From positions 1 through 61,040 of the forward strand of contig DGWL01000077.1 of NCBI GenBank assembly GCA_002396125.1: a DNA stretch of 61,040 nt, in the 5' to 3' direction. A program made the translations under genes and the position numbers. Positions 9,645 to 20,545 of the stretch are shown here, piece after piece. Below the pieces are notes generated by a model. The model made no database searches. It was not told where the DNA came from and was given only the letters and a program-made list of their open reading frames with translations. This stretch comes from Porphyromonadaceae bacterium UBA4259. Lineage in GTDB: Bacteria > Bacteroidota > Bacteroidia > Bacteroidales > Muribaculaceae. Within the stretch, counting starts at the first letter, position 1. Each line of letters begins with the position of its first letter.

Positions 9645-11012
9645 ATGAACAAACTTGAACTAAAATATGCCGGCAACGAGGAGTTTGCCAAGAAACTGTT
9701 TCTTGAAACTTATGGTTGCCAAATGAACGTGGCCGACAGCGAGGTGGTGGCGAGCGTGATGAAAATGGCAGGCTACGGCACTACCGACGATCTTGAGCAT
9801 GCCGATGCCATCATGATAAACACCTGCAGCGTGCGCGACAATGCCGAGCAGCGCATCTTTGCACGCCTCAACACTCTCAATGCCATGCGTCGACGCCGTT
9901 CTAAGCCATTAATAATCGGTATCATTGGCTGCATGGCCGAGCGCATGAAAGAAGTGCTAATCAATGAGCATGGCGTCGACCTGGTGGCGGGCCCCGACAG
10001 CTATCTGGAGTTGCCGAGTCTTATAGCTGCTGCCGAGAATGGCCAAAAGGCTATCAATGTGGAGCTGTCAAAGACCGAGACCTATCGCGACATTATTCCC
10101 ACGCGCATTAGCGGCAGCAAGACGAGTGGCTTCATCTCAATCATGCGTGGATGCAACAACTTCTGCACCTACTGCATTGTGCCCTACACTCGTGGTCGCG
10201 AGCGCAGCCGTGAGCCGCAGAGCATTCTTAACGAACTCAGCGACTTGCAAGCAAAGGGATTCAAGGAAGTGACATTGCTTGGGCAGAATGTCAATTCCTA
10301 TCTTTACAAGCCGGCCGAGGGCGGTGAGCCTGTCGACCTGGCATCGTTGCTGAGTATGGTGGCCGAGGCGGCACCCTCGATGCGTGTGCGTTTCACCACC
10401 AGCAATCCCGAGGACTTGAGCGATGCTATCATCGACACTATGGCTCGCTATCCCAACATTTGCAACCACATCCATTTGCCGGTGCAGAGCGGTAGCAACA
10501 AGGTGCTCAAGCTCATGAACCGCAAGTACACCCGCGAGTGGTATCTCGATCGCATTGCACGCATTCGCCAGGCTATGCCCGACTGTGGCATTTCGACCGA
10601 CATGTTCACAGGCTTTCACGACGAGACCGAGGAGGATTTCCAACTCACACTGAGCTTGATGCGCGAGGTGGGGTTTGACTCGTCATTTATGTTCAAGTAC
10701 AGCGAGCGTCCCGGTACTCACGCCGCCAAGTACCTGCCCGACAACGTGCCCGAAGATGTGAAAATCGACCGCTTGAATCGCATGATTGCTTTGCAAAATG
10801 AGTTGTCGCTATGTAGCAACCGTGCCGACGTTGGCAAGACCTTTGAGGTGCTGGTCGAGGGTTACAGCAAGCGCTCGCGCGACGACATGTTTGGCCGCAC
10901 TCAGCAAAACAAGGTCATAGTGTTCCCTGCCGGTGATACCCGCGTGGGCGACTTGGTGATGTGCACCGTGGAGCGCGCCACCAGCGCCACCCTCATCGGA
11001 AAGAGGGTGTAG
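9645..11012 (+). CDS. miaB: tRNA i6A37 methylthiotransferase MiaB
   Basis: TYGCQMN, NTCSVR, GCMAER, radical-SAM GCNNFCTYCIVP, C-terminal TRAM domain. Confidence 0.97.
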   Translation: MNKLELKYAGNEEFAKKLFLETYGCQMNVADSEVVASVMKMAGYGTTDDLEHADAIMINTCSVRDNAEQRIFARLNTLNAMRRRRSKPLIIGIIGCMAERMKEVLINEHGVDLVAGPDSYLELPSLIAAAENGQKAINVELSKTETYRDIIPTRISGSKTSGFISIMRGCNNFCTYCIVPYTRGRERSREPQSILNELSDLQAKGFKEVTLLGQNVNSYLYKPAEGGEPVDLASLLSMVAEAAPSMRVRFTTSNPEDLSDAIIDTMARYPNICNHIHLPVQSGSNKVLKLMNRKYTREWYLDRIARIRQAMPDCGISTDMFTGFHDETEEDFQLTLSLMREVGFDSSFMFKYSERPGTHAAKYLPDNVPEDVKIDRLNRMIALQNELSLCSNRADVGKTFEVLVEGYSKRSRDDMFGRTQQNKVIVFPAGDTRVGDLVMCTVERATSATLIGKRV

Positions 11013-11097
11013 CCTATGTTTTATGGATTGTGGAGGACAACAGTGCCACTATACTATACCGGTAGCTGATAACTGTTAATTAAAAACTGACAACGAA

Positions 11098-12174
11098 TCA
11101 GTGCTTATGCACTGTGACTTGGGTGGCACCGAAGCCATATTCCTGGAAACTGGCATCTTGCACAGTGCAGGTGGGCCACTTGCGCTTGAGCTCGTCGAGA
11201 ATAGCTTTGCGCAGCACACCCTCGCCCTTGCCGTGAATGAATACAATCTTCTGTCCCAATTTGTCCTCATTTTCTTTCATGACTTCACAGAACTTGCTCA
11301 GCTGATAGTTTAGCATGTCGGCGTTGGAAAATCCTCGCAGGTCGTCGAGTAACTCGTGAATGTGCAAGTCTACCACTATGGGCTCTGTTTTTTTCTTCTT
11401 GCTCACTTGCTTGGGCTGCTGCTTGCGGGGGCGATCTTCGCGCCGCTTCTCGCGCATGGCGTTCTCGAGGGCACTGCTGTCGATGCGCAGTGGCTTCACG
11501 GGTAGGTCATTGCGAGTCACGTCGAGCGATATTACAGGCGTGTCGAAATATTCGTTCTCATGGAAGCAGTGCAGCTTGTAGAACTTTGTCACGTCGAGCC
11601 GCAACTGCACTAGCGCCGGGTTTTTGAGTGCGAATCCCTTGCCTTGCTTGAAGGCTATATACTGTAATGCAACGTGGGTCATGGAGTTGAGGTCGTTGTG
11701 GCCAAACTCATCGAGTGGCACCTGCGTGTTAGGCTCCACGATGTCGTTGCATCGTGTGGTCCACTGGCTGTCGTCGTCGCCACGCGTCATGTAGGCGAAG
11801 TAGAGATAGTAATTGCTGTCGTTTACAAGTGTGGCGTAGAATGTAGTGGTGTTGAGGTGCTTAATCTCCCTCGGCTCATAGGCGAGCACTATGTTGAGCA
11901 CCTCGCCTTCCTCAGTTTCAAACACCGGTTCCAGCGGTTTCTCGGGCTTGGGTGCGGGAGTGTCGGGTTCTACCAATTTGCTTTTTATTTCGAGTGGCTT
12001 CTCGTAGGTGGAATGGTGCGGCTTGGCTGTGTCGACAACCACAACCTCACGCATTAAAGCGGGGCGCTCAAAGCCGTCTTCATCTTCAACATAAACCATC
12101 TTGCCATCAACTCGGGTCACTTTACCGCCTCCCACGTCATTGAGAAAACGAACTATATCATTGACTTTTACCAT
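11098..12174 (-). CDS. DUF2027/Smr-domain protein
   Basis: C-terminal Smr domain: VDLHI...FIHGKGEGVLR...DASFQEYGFGAT. Confidence 0.88.
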   Translation of the reverse strand: MVKVNDIVRFLNDVGGGKVTRVDGKMVYVEDEDGFERPALMREVVVVDTAKPHHSTYEKPLEIKSKLVEPDTPAPKPEKPLEPVFETEEGEVLNIVLAYEPREIKHLNTTTFYATLVNDSNYYLYFAYMTRGDDDSQWTTRCNDIVEPNTQVPLDEFGHNDLNSMTHVALQYIAFKQGKGFALKNPALVQLRLDVTKFYKLHCFHENEYFDTPVISLDVTRNDLPVKPLRIDSSALENAMREKRREDRPRKQQPKQVSKKKKTEPIVVDLHIHELLDDLRGFSNADMLNYQLSKFCEVMKENEDKLGQKIVFIHGKGEGVLRKAILDELKRKWPTCTVQDASFQEYGFGATQVTVHKH

Positions 12175-12479
12175 AATTGTATCATTACTAAAAAACGTAC
12201 TCGGGTTTGCCGCAATTTAGCGGCTAATCCCACACTGCAAAGGTAGTCAATTTTTTGTAATAATCGCCTATCAGTTTATGTATATTGAGATGGTTGTGAT
12301 AAAAGACCGGCAGAACTTGCATGATAGTCGAAAAATGTGTACTTTTGCATAGTGGTACTTGAATTTCAGCTTTGTGTGGTATAGAGATGAGAATAGCCAG
12401 GTGCCATGACGATTAAAGTTGAAAATGATGATAATTCTATAAATACTATATATTATTATTAAAACAATTATTAAAAGCT

Positions 12480-13580
12480 ATGAAGAAATTTTTACTCTCA
12501 CTGGCAACCTTGATGGTTGCTGTTGCAGCTGTTGCTGCTCCCACTGCCGATGAAGTTTCGGCCTTGAGTTTACGCATCGACAAGGTTGACGGTGCTACAG
12601 TTCGCGTTAAGAACACCGACGGCTTGAATGCTGTGCTCTACGAGGATGGCTCTATCATACTCTATAACTTTGAGGGAAATAGCCCTCTGCGCGTCTATAT
12701 CAACGAGGACGGCACAGTGTATGCTCCCGCCCAGGCCATTATGGGTTATGACGAGGATACCTATGAAACCATCTACTATCTCACTGTTCCTGCCGCCAGC
12801 AAGGACAAAACTCCAATGGAAGCCTACAACGACCGCATCACCGGCACCTATGAGAACGGCAAGATTACCTTAGATGCCTGGAATGCCATTAAGACTAATT
12901 CTTCGTTCAGCGAGAATCAGGGCACTCTCTACAACAACGATGTCACCACAATGGTTGTTGCACCTAACGCCACTGTAACCGCAAGCTACTGGGTTGACGA
13001 CTACGACTGGGACACATGGGACTTCCTTGGCTGGACTAAAGGTGAAATGACCACCAGCGACAAGAACGCCTATGCCGAGCAAGACGGCAAGTATATCACA
13101 GTCTACAACTATGATGACGTGAATGGTGCTGTGAAATTTGAAATGGGCCGTGGCAACTCGCTCACTGCCGATCCCGATTTCATCACCTTCAAGCGCATCT
13201 CTAGCAGTGGCAACCAAACCGACTACACTCTAAAAGCCATCCCGGCCGAACTCACCGAGGAAGAAGTGACACCTCTCGACGAGCCTGTTGGCGGTGAGGT
13301 TGTTGATGAGTACCACATCAGCTTTGGCAACTGCGGCCAGTTTAGCGAGAGTGGCAGCTATAACGGCAGCCTTCTGAGTTTCATTACTATAACTCTCGAC
13401 AAGGCCCTCGACCTTAGTGTTACCGGCATCAACAGTGTTGAGAGCGACAAGCAAGTGGCTGGAGTGAAGTATGTTAACCTCATGGGTGTTGAGAGCGCTA
13501 CTCCGTTCCAGGGTGTCAACATTGTGGTTACTACTTTCACCGATGGTACCAGCAAGGCTGTTAAGCAGCTTGTGAAATAA
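12480..13580 (+). CDS. Secreted protein of unknown function with T9SS-type C-terminal tail
   Basis: Signal peptide MKKFLLSL; tail TGINSV...YVNLMGVESATPFQGVNIVV...KQLVK. Confidence 0.75.
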   Translation: MKKFLLSLATLMVAVAAVAAPTADEVSALSLRIDKVDGATVRVKNTDGLNAVLYEDGSIILYNFEGNSPLRVYINEDGTVYAPAQAIMGYDEDTYETIYYLTVPAASKDKTPMEAYNDRITGTYENGKITLDAWNAIKTNSSFSENQGTLYNNDVTTMVVAPNATVTASYWVDDYDWDTWDFLGWTKGEMTTSDKNAYAEQDGKYITVYNYDDVNGAVKFEMGRGNSLTADPDFITFKRISSSGNQTDYTLKAIPAELTEEEVTPLDEPVGGEVVDEYHISFGNCGQFSESGSYNGSLLSFITITLDKALDLSVTGINSVESDKQVAGVKYVNLMGVESATPFQGVNIVVTTFTDGTSKAVKQLVK

Positions 13581-13606
13581 TTAGAACACAATAATTTTAA
13601 AATAGA

Positions 13607-16600
13607 ATGATAAGATTCAAGAAATTGGCACTGCTCGTGGCAGCAGTGTCAATTCTTCCACAGGTAGCCCAAGCCGGCGTGCGCTATGTTAAGGCTGGCG
13701 CAACAGGCGATGGCAGCTCGTGGGAAAATGCCACAGGAAGCCTGCAGGCAGCAATTAACGCTTCGCAGAACGGTGATGAAGTGTGGGTGGCAACCGGCAC
13801 CTACACCCCCGACTCGCTTATTCGTTCCAACAAGCCCACTTCCCGCACCTTCTTCCTCAAGGATGGAGTTTCGCTCTACGGCGGTTTCGCCGGCAACGAA
13901 ACATCAATCGACCAGCGTGTGGTGGGCGAAGCACCCTATGAAATGGTCAATGCCACCATCCTGAGCGGTGATGACGATGTGCCCGACGTGTGGGAACGTG
14001 CTATAGCCGAGGGGTCGACATTCCGCCTCACTTGGCGTGTTGAGAACGAAGAGGTTATAGGCACAAGCGGCAATGCCAGCCATGTGCTCTACTGCCCCGA
14101 CGTGATTCAGAACAAGACTGTGATTGACGGCTTTACACTCACCGGCGGCAATGCCAACGTGTGGCAAGCTAAAGCCTACGGAGGTGCCCTCTATGCGCTG
14201 GGCAATGTGGTTCTTAACGCTTGTCAGGTGCTCGAGAACTCAGGCTATTTCAAGGCACAGTCCACTACCGACAGCAACACCTATGGCGGCGCCGTGTTCC
14301 TGAACGGTGCCGGTGAGGCAGCTGTTACCAATTGCTATTTTGCCCGCAACTATAGCCACTCAAGCTATGGCAATGGCGTGGGTGGTGGCATCTATGCGCA
14401 AAATATCAAAGTTGAGAACTGCACCTTTGAAGACTGCGTGGCACTTGATGCCGGTGGCGCCGTTTATAACCAGGGCGGCACTGTGACGGGATGTAAATTC
14501 AAGGATTGCTATGGCGGCTCGGGTGGTGCAATCTACAACGACGGCACAGCAAGCAACAACATGATTTACGGTTGTCGCGGCCTGCTTGGCGGCGGTATCA
14601 TCAACTGGGGCACAGCTAGCTATAACGTGGTGGCCGGTTGCTATGCCGATGCACTAGAGTATGGCGACACGATGGGTGGCCGTGGTGGTGGCATTCTCAA
14701 TGCCGACGGCATGGTGCTGGGTTCGGTTGTTTTCAATAATCAAGCCTTCTGGGGCGGAGGAATCTATTGCACCGGTGGCAAGGTTGTGAACTGCACTGTT
14801 CAGAACAATATGCTGCGCGCCGAGAGCGACACAGCCAACCTGGGCTACCAGTATCATGACCGCATTGATCAACTCACATTCAATACCATAGGCAATCCCG
14901 ATGCCGCGGCTTCCAATTTTGTGAAACCCACTTCATTTAAAGGTATTGCCCAAACCGATGCCCAAAAGCAAGAGCTGGAGGCAGCCTGCTGGATGCTCGC
15001 CGATGGGTCGGAATTTATTGATGCCGGCACTCTCACCGATGGCATCGACGAGACTGTAGATATTGCCGGAAATCAGCGTGTTGCAGGTAACGGCATCGAT
15101 GTGGGTGCCTATGAGAGTGTTGCGGCAACTACCGCCGCTAACATAGTGGTGACCTTTGCACGACCTGGAATGACTGTTAAGTTGGGCGTGGGTGGTAATA
15201 ATGGCGACAAGTTCACAATTGACTGGGGTGATGGCCAGCCGGTGGAATACAGCACCGCAGCCTATTATACCCATGTAGTGACAGGCGACCAGGTGAAGGT
15301 GACAGGCGACAATCTGCTCGTTTTCCAAGCCGCTGACCAGGGAATCACAGGCCTGGAGTTCAACAATGTGCCATCGCTTTATCGCATCCAGGTGGGCAAC
15401 AACAGCATCAAGAGCCTTGATCTTTCCAACTGCACCGGCCTCACAGGTCTCTATGCTGAGTTTAATCAGCTTGAAAGCCTCAACGTGGCTTCATGTGCCG
15501 CAATGCGTGTGCTTGATGTGCATGAGAATAACATTCAGGGCACAGTGGATTGCTCGGCAATGAGTTCTCTATCGAAGCTGGATGTGGCCGATAACCAGAT
15601 ATCTACACTGCTGCTTCCACATCATGCTACCCTCAACTCGGTTGACTGTGCCACCAATAATCTTGATGAGCTTGACTTGAATGGCCTTACCGGTCTCGAC
15701 TACTTGAGTTGTCACAACAATAAGTTTACGTCACTCGACCTCACAAGCTTGAGTGCATTGACCGAGCTTTATGCCTACAACAACGAGATTGAGGCGGTCG
15801 ACCTTAGCAAGTGTACTAAGGCTGTGACTATCAATCTTGCAGCCAACAAGCTCACCACCATCGACGTTAGCAACAACAAGGCGATGACTGGCCTATATCT
15901 CTATGAAAATGAGCTTGAAGGCCTTGATTTGAGCGCGTTGAACGGCGTGCGCTGGCTTAATGTGGGTTATAATCACCTGCCCGAGCTCGACGTGACCAAG
16001 CAGGCAAACCTCTCGCTTCTTATTGCCAACTACAACGAGATTGCGAGTATCGACCTTAAGAACTGCCCGTCGTTGAGTCAAGTGCAACTGAGCCACAACC
16101 GTCTAAAGGACATCGACGTGTCACGTCAGTCTTATCTAAGCTGGCTCAAGGTTGACAACAATGAGATTGAAAACCTCAACCTGAGCGCCAATGGTTATCT
16201 TTACTGGCTGGAATGTGACAGCAACAAGATTGCTGAACTCGACCTGACCCACAACACCTATCTGCAATGGCTTGCCGCCGAGGGTAACATGATTTCAGTG
16301 CTCGACGTGAGTAAAAACACCGGTCTGCAAGGCCTAACGTTGCAGGGCAACCTCATGGCACTGGATGCCATCAATGATGTTATTGACCAGTTGGGTAACG
16401 TTTCCAACGTAGAGATTACCGACAATAACCGTGCCTGGGGCCGACGTCTCAACATCAGCTACATGCCTGGCACCAAGCTGGCACGAGTTGCCGATGCCGA
16501 GGCTAAAGGGTGGATAGTAACAGCTCTCTACAACGAGATTTACGGCGACGTGAATGCCGACGGCGTAGTCAACTCAAGCGATGTGACCGCCCTCTATGGC

Positions 16601-16717
16601 TACATCTTGAAAGGAAATACTACCTATGCCGCTACCAGTGATGTGAATGGCGACGGGGTGGTTAACTCGAGCGATGTGACTGCTGTTTACGCAATCATCT
16701 TGGGTAAACAAGAGTAG
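13607..16717 (+). CDS. Secreted beta-helix + leucine-rich-repeat protein with C-terminal dockerin
   Basis: Signal peptide; GDGSSW/VWVATGTY/SLYGGF and repeated GGAIY (pectin-lyase-like helix); IDVGAYE; many LxxLxxxxNxL repeats; two DVNxDGVVNSSDVTA dockerin loops. Confidence 0.85.
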   Translation: MIRFKKLALLVAAVSILPQVAQAGVRYVKAGATGDGSSWENATGSLQAAINASQNGDEVWVATGTYTPDSLIRSNKPTSRTFFLKDGVSLYGGFAGNETSIDQRVVGEAPYEMVNATILSGDDDVPDVWERAIAEGSTFRLTWRVENEEVIGTSGNASHVLYCPDVIQNKTVIDGFTLTGGNANVWQAKAYGGALYALGNVVLNACQVLENSGYFKAQSTTDSNTYGGAVFLNGAGEAAVTNCYFARNYSHSSYGNGVGGGIYAQNIKVENCTFEDCVALDAGGAVYNQGGTVTGCKFKDCYGGSGGAIYNDGTASNNMIYGCRGLLGGGIINWGTASYNVVAGCYADALEYGDTMGGRGGGILNADGMVLGSVVFNNQAFWGGGIYCTGGKVVNCTVQNNMLRAESDTANLGYQYHDRIDQLTFNTIGNPDAAASNFVKPTSFKGIAQTDAQKQELEAACWMLADGSEFIDAGTLTDGIDETVDIAGNQRVAGNGIDVGAYESVAATTAANIVVTFARPGMTVKLGVGGNNGDKFTIDWGDGQPVEYSTAAYYTHVVTGDQVKVTGDNLLVFQAADQGITGLEFNNVPSLYRIQVGNNSIKSLDLSNCTGLTGLYAEFNQLESLNVASCAAMRVLDVHENNIQGTVDCSAMSSLSKLDVADNQISTLLLPHHATLNSVDCATNNLDELDLNGLTGLDYLSCHNNKFTSLDLTSLSALTELYAYNNEIEAVDLSKCTKAVTINLAANKLTTIDVSNNKAMTGLYLYENELEGLDLSALNGVRWLNVGYNHLPELDVTKQANLSLLIANYNEIASIDLKNCPSLSQVQLSHNRLKDIDVSRQSYLSWLKVDNNEIENLNLSANGYLYWLECDSNKIAELDLTHNTYLQWLAAEGNMISVLDVSKNTGLQGLTLQGNLMALDAINDVIDQLGNVSNVEITDNNRAWGRRLNISYMPGTKLARVADAEAKGWIVTALYNEIYGDVNADGVVNSSDVTALYGYILKGNTTYAATSDVNGDGVVNSSDVTAVYAIILGKQE

Positions 16718-16742
16718 CAAGGTGATATATAAAAAATGAACG

Positions 16743-16781
16743 AAAACGCTATCATGGGTTTGAGCCTGTTGATAGCGTTTT
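16743..16781. terminator. Probable bidirectional intrinsic terminator
   Basis: aaaacgctatca / tgatagcgtttt inverted repeat between convergent genes. Confidence 0.7.
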
Positions 16782-16809
16782 GTTTTTCTGTGTGGGTATT
16801 GATGCTGAG

Positions 16810-17586
16810 TTATTGGCGGGCAGGGGGAGCGACAACTTGCAGCCAGTTGCTCTGGTAACGGGTATTGAAGAAGCGCTCGGCAAGTTCTTGTGTGGGCTTG
16901 CCTGCCTCTCTCACCCAACCCCAGGCCCAAGTGCCCATGTCGAGGTAGAGAGCTTGCCTGGCACCCAGCGCTACCAGCGAATTGATAAACTCGTCGCAAT
17001 ACATGGGCTCGTCGCCCTGCACAATAGCCAGCGAGCCATCGGCCATGATGCAAGCTGCGCGGAAGATGATGTGTGGATTTCGTTCACGAAGGGCTTGAGG
17101 AATGCGCTCCACCTTGCCCTTGCCGTCTTCCACAATGAGGCATTGCTGAAACAAGTAGCCGCCTGTAGATGTTGCTTCGTTAATCGACTCATTTAGGTGT
17201 GAATTGGGACTGATGCTCACATTGTTGCCCACAATGAGCATGTGACCTGTGGCGGTGACGTCGTCATAGCCCTTGATGCGTCGGCCCGCTACCACATGGT
17301 CGCCGCACACGTCCATCGACTCGGTGTCGAGAGTGAAAGCTGCTGCTATGTTAAGCAGAATTGTTGGGTCATCAATTGAGGGAGCCCCGCTGTAGTCATG
17401 CTGCTTGCAACTCACCAGCCGCAATTGGGTGCCTGGAGCGGGTTTCATTAACAATAGGCGGTGCCCGGCAGCCTCATCATGGCTCATGACTACCGATGCT
17501 TGCGGGCCACTCATCATGGCACTGCTGCCGCATCCCATTAGAGCGGCAGGCACGGTCGCGAGCAATAAGTGTTTTATTTTAAGCAT
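16810..17586 (-). CDS. Lipoprotein, possibly a divergent phosphodiester-glycosidase (NAGPA-like) fold
   Basis: Start at MLKIK; lipobox LMGC; LGARQALYLDMG resembles the AxNLDGG motif. Confidence 0.5.
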   Translation of the reverse strand: MLKIKHLLLATVPAALMGCGSSAMMSGPQASVVMSHDEAAGHRLLLMKPAPGTQLRLVSCKQHDYSGAPSIDDPTILLNIAAAFTLDTESMDVCGDHVVAGRRIKGYDDVTATGHMLIVGNNVSISPNSHLNESINEATSTGGYLFQQCLIVEDGKGKVERIPQALRERNPHIIFRAACIMADGSLAIVQGDEPMYCDEFINSLVALGARQALYLDMGTWAWGWVREAGKPTQELAERFFNTRYQSNWLQVVAPPARQ

Positions 17587-17819
17587 AGAAATATAGTTAT
17601 AAGTTATCAGTTTACAATGAATACCAACGTGAGTTTTATTCCTCATCTCTTTTACTGTAAACCATCTACAAATGTACGATAAAAAACTGTGTTTAGTAGC
17701 GTTTGGTTGAAAAAAAGAGTTGAAACTTTTCAGCAGGTCAATATTTATTAATAAATTTGCACAGCGCTGGCGGTTTAGTGTTAATATAGTCTTGCGCAAA
17801 CTGAAAACTATTTTAAGAT

Positions 17820-19688
17820 ATGGGAGCACTATTGCAGGTTGAAGGGTTGACCAAGTCGTTTGGCTACGACTTGCTCTTTGGTGACCTCGCCTTTGGGCTC
17901 GATGAGGGCGACAAGGTGGGGCTTATTGCCAAGAATGGCACAGGAAAGAGCACGTTGCTGAACCTGCTTGCGCGAGTCGACACGCCCGACTCGGGCACTA
18001 TAATCTATCGCAACGACCTGCGCATTGGCTACTTGCCACAGATGCCGGCCTTTGAAGGGGCCAAGACGGTGCTCGATGTGTGTCTTGAGGGTGACGACCC
18101 GTCGTCGCATGCCGTGCTCAGTTATGAGCGCGCCGTGACCAGTGGCGATGCCGATGCCATGACCGCAGCCATTCAGGCAATGGATAGTGCTCATGCCTGG
18201 GATTATGAGGAACGCTTTAAGCAGATTCTCACCCAGCTCAAGATTGACGACTATCATCAGCCCGTAGGAGAACTCAGTGGTGGCCAGGTGAAGCGCGTGG
18301 CACTCGCTAAGATTCTCATCGACGAGCCACAGTTTCTCATCCTTGACGAGCCCACCAACCACCTCGACATCGACATGATAGAGTGGCTCGAGAACTACCT
18401 GCGTCGCAGCACCATGACACTACTAATGGTCACTCACGACCGCTACTTCCTCGACAATATATGCACACGCATCATGGAGCTCGACCAGCAGGAAATATTT
18501 ACCTACGACGGTAACTACAACTATTACCTTGAGAAGCGTGCCGAGCGCATTGAGGCGCAAAACGCGCAGGTCGAGAAGGCTCGCAACCTGTTGCGCACCG
18601 AGCTTGAATGGATGCGGCGGCAGCCCCAAGCGCGCCAGCACAAGGCGCAGTATCGCATCGACGCTTTCTACGACCTGAAGGAACGTGCTCAAGGCCGTCG
18701 CGATGTGGGCGACGTGCGGCTGAACGTTAATTCGGCCTACATAGGCAAGAAAATATTTACAGCCCACCACGTGAGTAAGCGCTATGGCGACAAGGTGATA
18801 TTGCACGACTTTGAGTACACCTTTGCCCGCTATGAGAAGCTGGGCATCGTGGGTGATAATGGGGTGGGGAAGAGCACCTTCATCAAGTTGTTGCTGGGCG
18901 AGGTGCCCTGCGACGAGGGTAGCTTCGAGATTGGCAAGACTGTGCGGTTTGGCTACTACAGTCAGGAAGGTATGCACTTCGATGAGGGCAAGCGTGTGAT
19001 TGATGCCGTGCGCGATGTGGCCGAATACATCTACTTCGATGAGAAGACTCATTACACTGCGGCTCAGTTTTTAAATATGTTCCTCTTCTCCAACGCCGAT
19101 CAGCAAAAGCTAATTGCCAAGCTTAGCGGTGGGGAGAAACGACGACTCTACTTGGCGATGGTGCTGATGAGCAAGCCCAATTTTCTCATCCTCGATGAGC
19201 CTACCAACGACCTCGATATATCCACGCTTGAGATTCTGGAGGATTACCTGTCGAAGTTTAACGGCTGTGTGATAATCGTGAGTCACGACCGCTTCTTCAT
19301 GGATCGCACTGTTGACCACACATTTGTGTTCTTGGGTGATGGCGTGGTAAAAGATTTCCCCGGAAACTATAGCGAGTATCGTGCATGGAAAGACTATCAT
19401 GACCGGCTTGAAGCCGAGCAGGCACGTCTCACGGCAAAGCCTAAGGAAAAAGTGCAATATAATGTGCGCGACAATAGCAATAAACTTACATTCAAGGAAA
19501 AACGCGAGCTTGAGGCTCTCACTGCCGAGCTTGAGGCTCTCACTGCCGAGAAGGAGACGCTCGATGCTCTCTTCGCCAGTGGTGAGGTGATTAATGACAT
19601 GGACGTGAAGAGTGCCCGATACAGCCAGTTGCAAGACCTGCTTGAGGAGAAGGAAATGCGTTGGCTCGAACTGAGCGAGAAAGAGTAA
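17820..19688 (+). CDS. ABC-F family ATPase (Uup-like)
   Basis: Two ABC cassettes (NGTGKST/LSGGQ/LDEPTN and GDNGVGKST/LSGGE/LDEPTN), no TM segments, C-terminal coiled coil ending RWLELSE. Confidence 0.93.
   Translation: MGALLQVEGLTKSFGYDLLFGDLAFGLDEGDKVGLIAKNGTGKSTLLNLLARVDTPDSGTIIYRNDLRIGYLPQMPAFEGAKTVLDVCLEGDDPSSHAVLSYERAVTSGDADAMTAAIQAMDSAHAWDYEERFKQILTQLKIDDYHQPVGELSGGQVKRVALAKILIDEPQFLILDEPTNHLDIDMIEWLENYLRRSTMTLLMVTHDRYFLDNICTRIMELDQQEIFTYDGNYNYYLEKRAERIEAQNAQVEKARNLLRTELEWMRRQPQARQHKAQYRIDAFYDLKERAQGRRDVGDVRLNVNSAYIGKKIFTAHHVSKRYGDKVILHDFEYTFARYEKLGIVGDNGVGKSTFIKLLLGEVPCDEGSFEIGKTVRFGYYSQEGMHFDEGKRVIDAVRDVAEYIYFDEKTHYTAAQFLNMFLFSNADQQKLIAKLSGGEKRRLYLAMVLMSKPNFLILDEPTNDLDISTLEILEDYLSKFNGCVIIVSHDRFFMDRTVDHTFVFLGDGVVKDFPGNYSEYRAWKDYHDRLEAEQARLTAKPKEKVQYNVRDNSNKLTFKEKRELEALTAELEALTAEKETLDALFASGEVINDMDVKSARYSQLQDLLEEKEMRWLELSEKE
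19506..19550 (+). repeat. Perfect 21-nt tandem duplication within the ABC-F gene
   Basis: gagcttgaggctctcactgcc twice, plus gag; encodes ELEALTA-ELEALTA-E. Confidence 0.95.
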
Positions 19689-19730
19689 TGATGCCGAGAG
19701 GCTCCTCGGAAATGAATGATTAGAAAAATA

Positions 19731-19758
19731 AAGCCAGCCCTTGGTGTGGGGCTGGCTT
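19731..19758. terminator. Intrinsic terminator between ABC-F and sdhB
   Basis: aagccagccc / gggctggctt stem with an A-run on the left. Confidence 0.75.
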
Positions 19759-19783
19759 ATTGTTGATGTGTGTGCTTTATCGC

Positions 19784-20539
19784 TTAGTCGGCGCACTTGG
19801 CGCAGATGTACTCGCGGTTAAGACGTGCGATGTTGCTCAACTTGATGTTCTTGGGGCACTCTGCGGCACAGGCACCGGTATTGGTGCAGTTGCCGAATCC
19901 CAGCTCATCCATCTTGTTAAGCATAGCTTTAACGCGCTTCTTGGCCTCGGCCTTGCCTTGGGGCAGGAGAGCAAACTGGCTCACCTTGGCCGAAACGAAG
20001 AGCATTGCAGAGCCGTTCTTGCAGGCAGCCACGCAAGCGCCGCAACCAATGCAGCTGGCGCTGTCCATAGCCTCGTCGGCAGCCACCTTGCTGATGGGAA
20101 TTGCGTTGGCATCCTGTGCGCCGCCGGTGTTGAAGCTGACATAGCCACCGGCTTGCTGAATCTGGTCGAATGCGTTGCGGTTCACCATCAAGTCCTTTAT
20201 AACAGGGAATGCAGCCGAGCGCCAGGGCTCAACGGTGATGGTCTCTCCATTCTTGAAGCGGCGCATGTAGAGCTGGCAAGTGGTAGCACCGGTTGCCGGT
20301 CCGTGTGGATGGCCGTTGATGTAAAGTGAGCACATACCGCAAATACCCTCGCGGCAGTCGTGGTCGAAGGCTACAGGCTCTTCACCGCGCTCAACGAGTT
20401 GCTCATTAAGAATGTCAAGAGTCTCAAGGAACGAGGTGTCGGTGGGAATGTCCTGGAGCTCATAGGTTACAAACTCACCCTGCTCTTTAGGTCCAGCCTG
20501 ACGCCAAATTTTCAGTTTTACACTTATGCTAGTTTCCAT
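19784..20539 (-). CDS. sdhB: Succinate dehydrogenase/fumarate reductase Fe-S subunit
   Basis: [33 protein letters not shown]. Confidence 0.96.
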   Translation of the reverse strand: METSISVKLKIWRQAGPKEQGEFVTYELQDIPTDTSFLETLDILNEQLVERGEEPVAFDHDCREGICGMCSLYINGHPHGPATGATTCQLYMRRFKNGETITVEPWRSAAFPVIKDLMVNRNAFDQIQQAGGYVSFNTGGAQDANAIPISKVAADEAMDSASCIGCGACVAACKNGSAMLFVSAKVSQFALLPQGKAEAKKRVKAMLNKMDELGFGNCTNTGACAAECPKNIKLSNIARLNREYICAKCAD

Positions 20540-20545
20540 ATAACT

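Noticed and set aside
12350-12479. Cobalamin riboswitch in the long leader
   Set aside because: Only a short AGCCAG match and one stem; the core conserved elements are absent.
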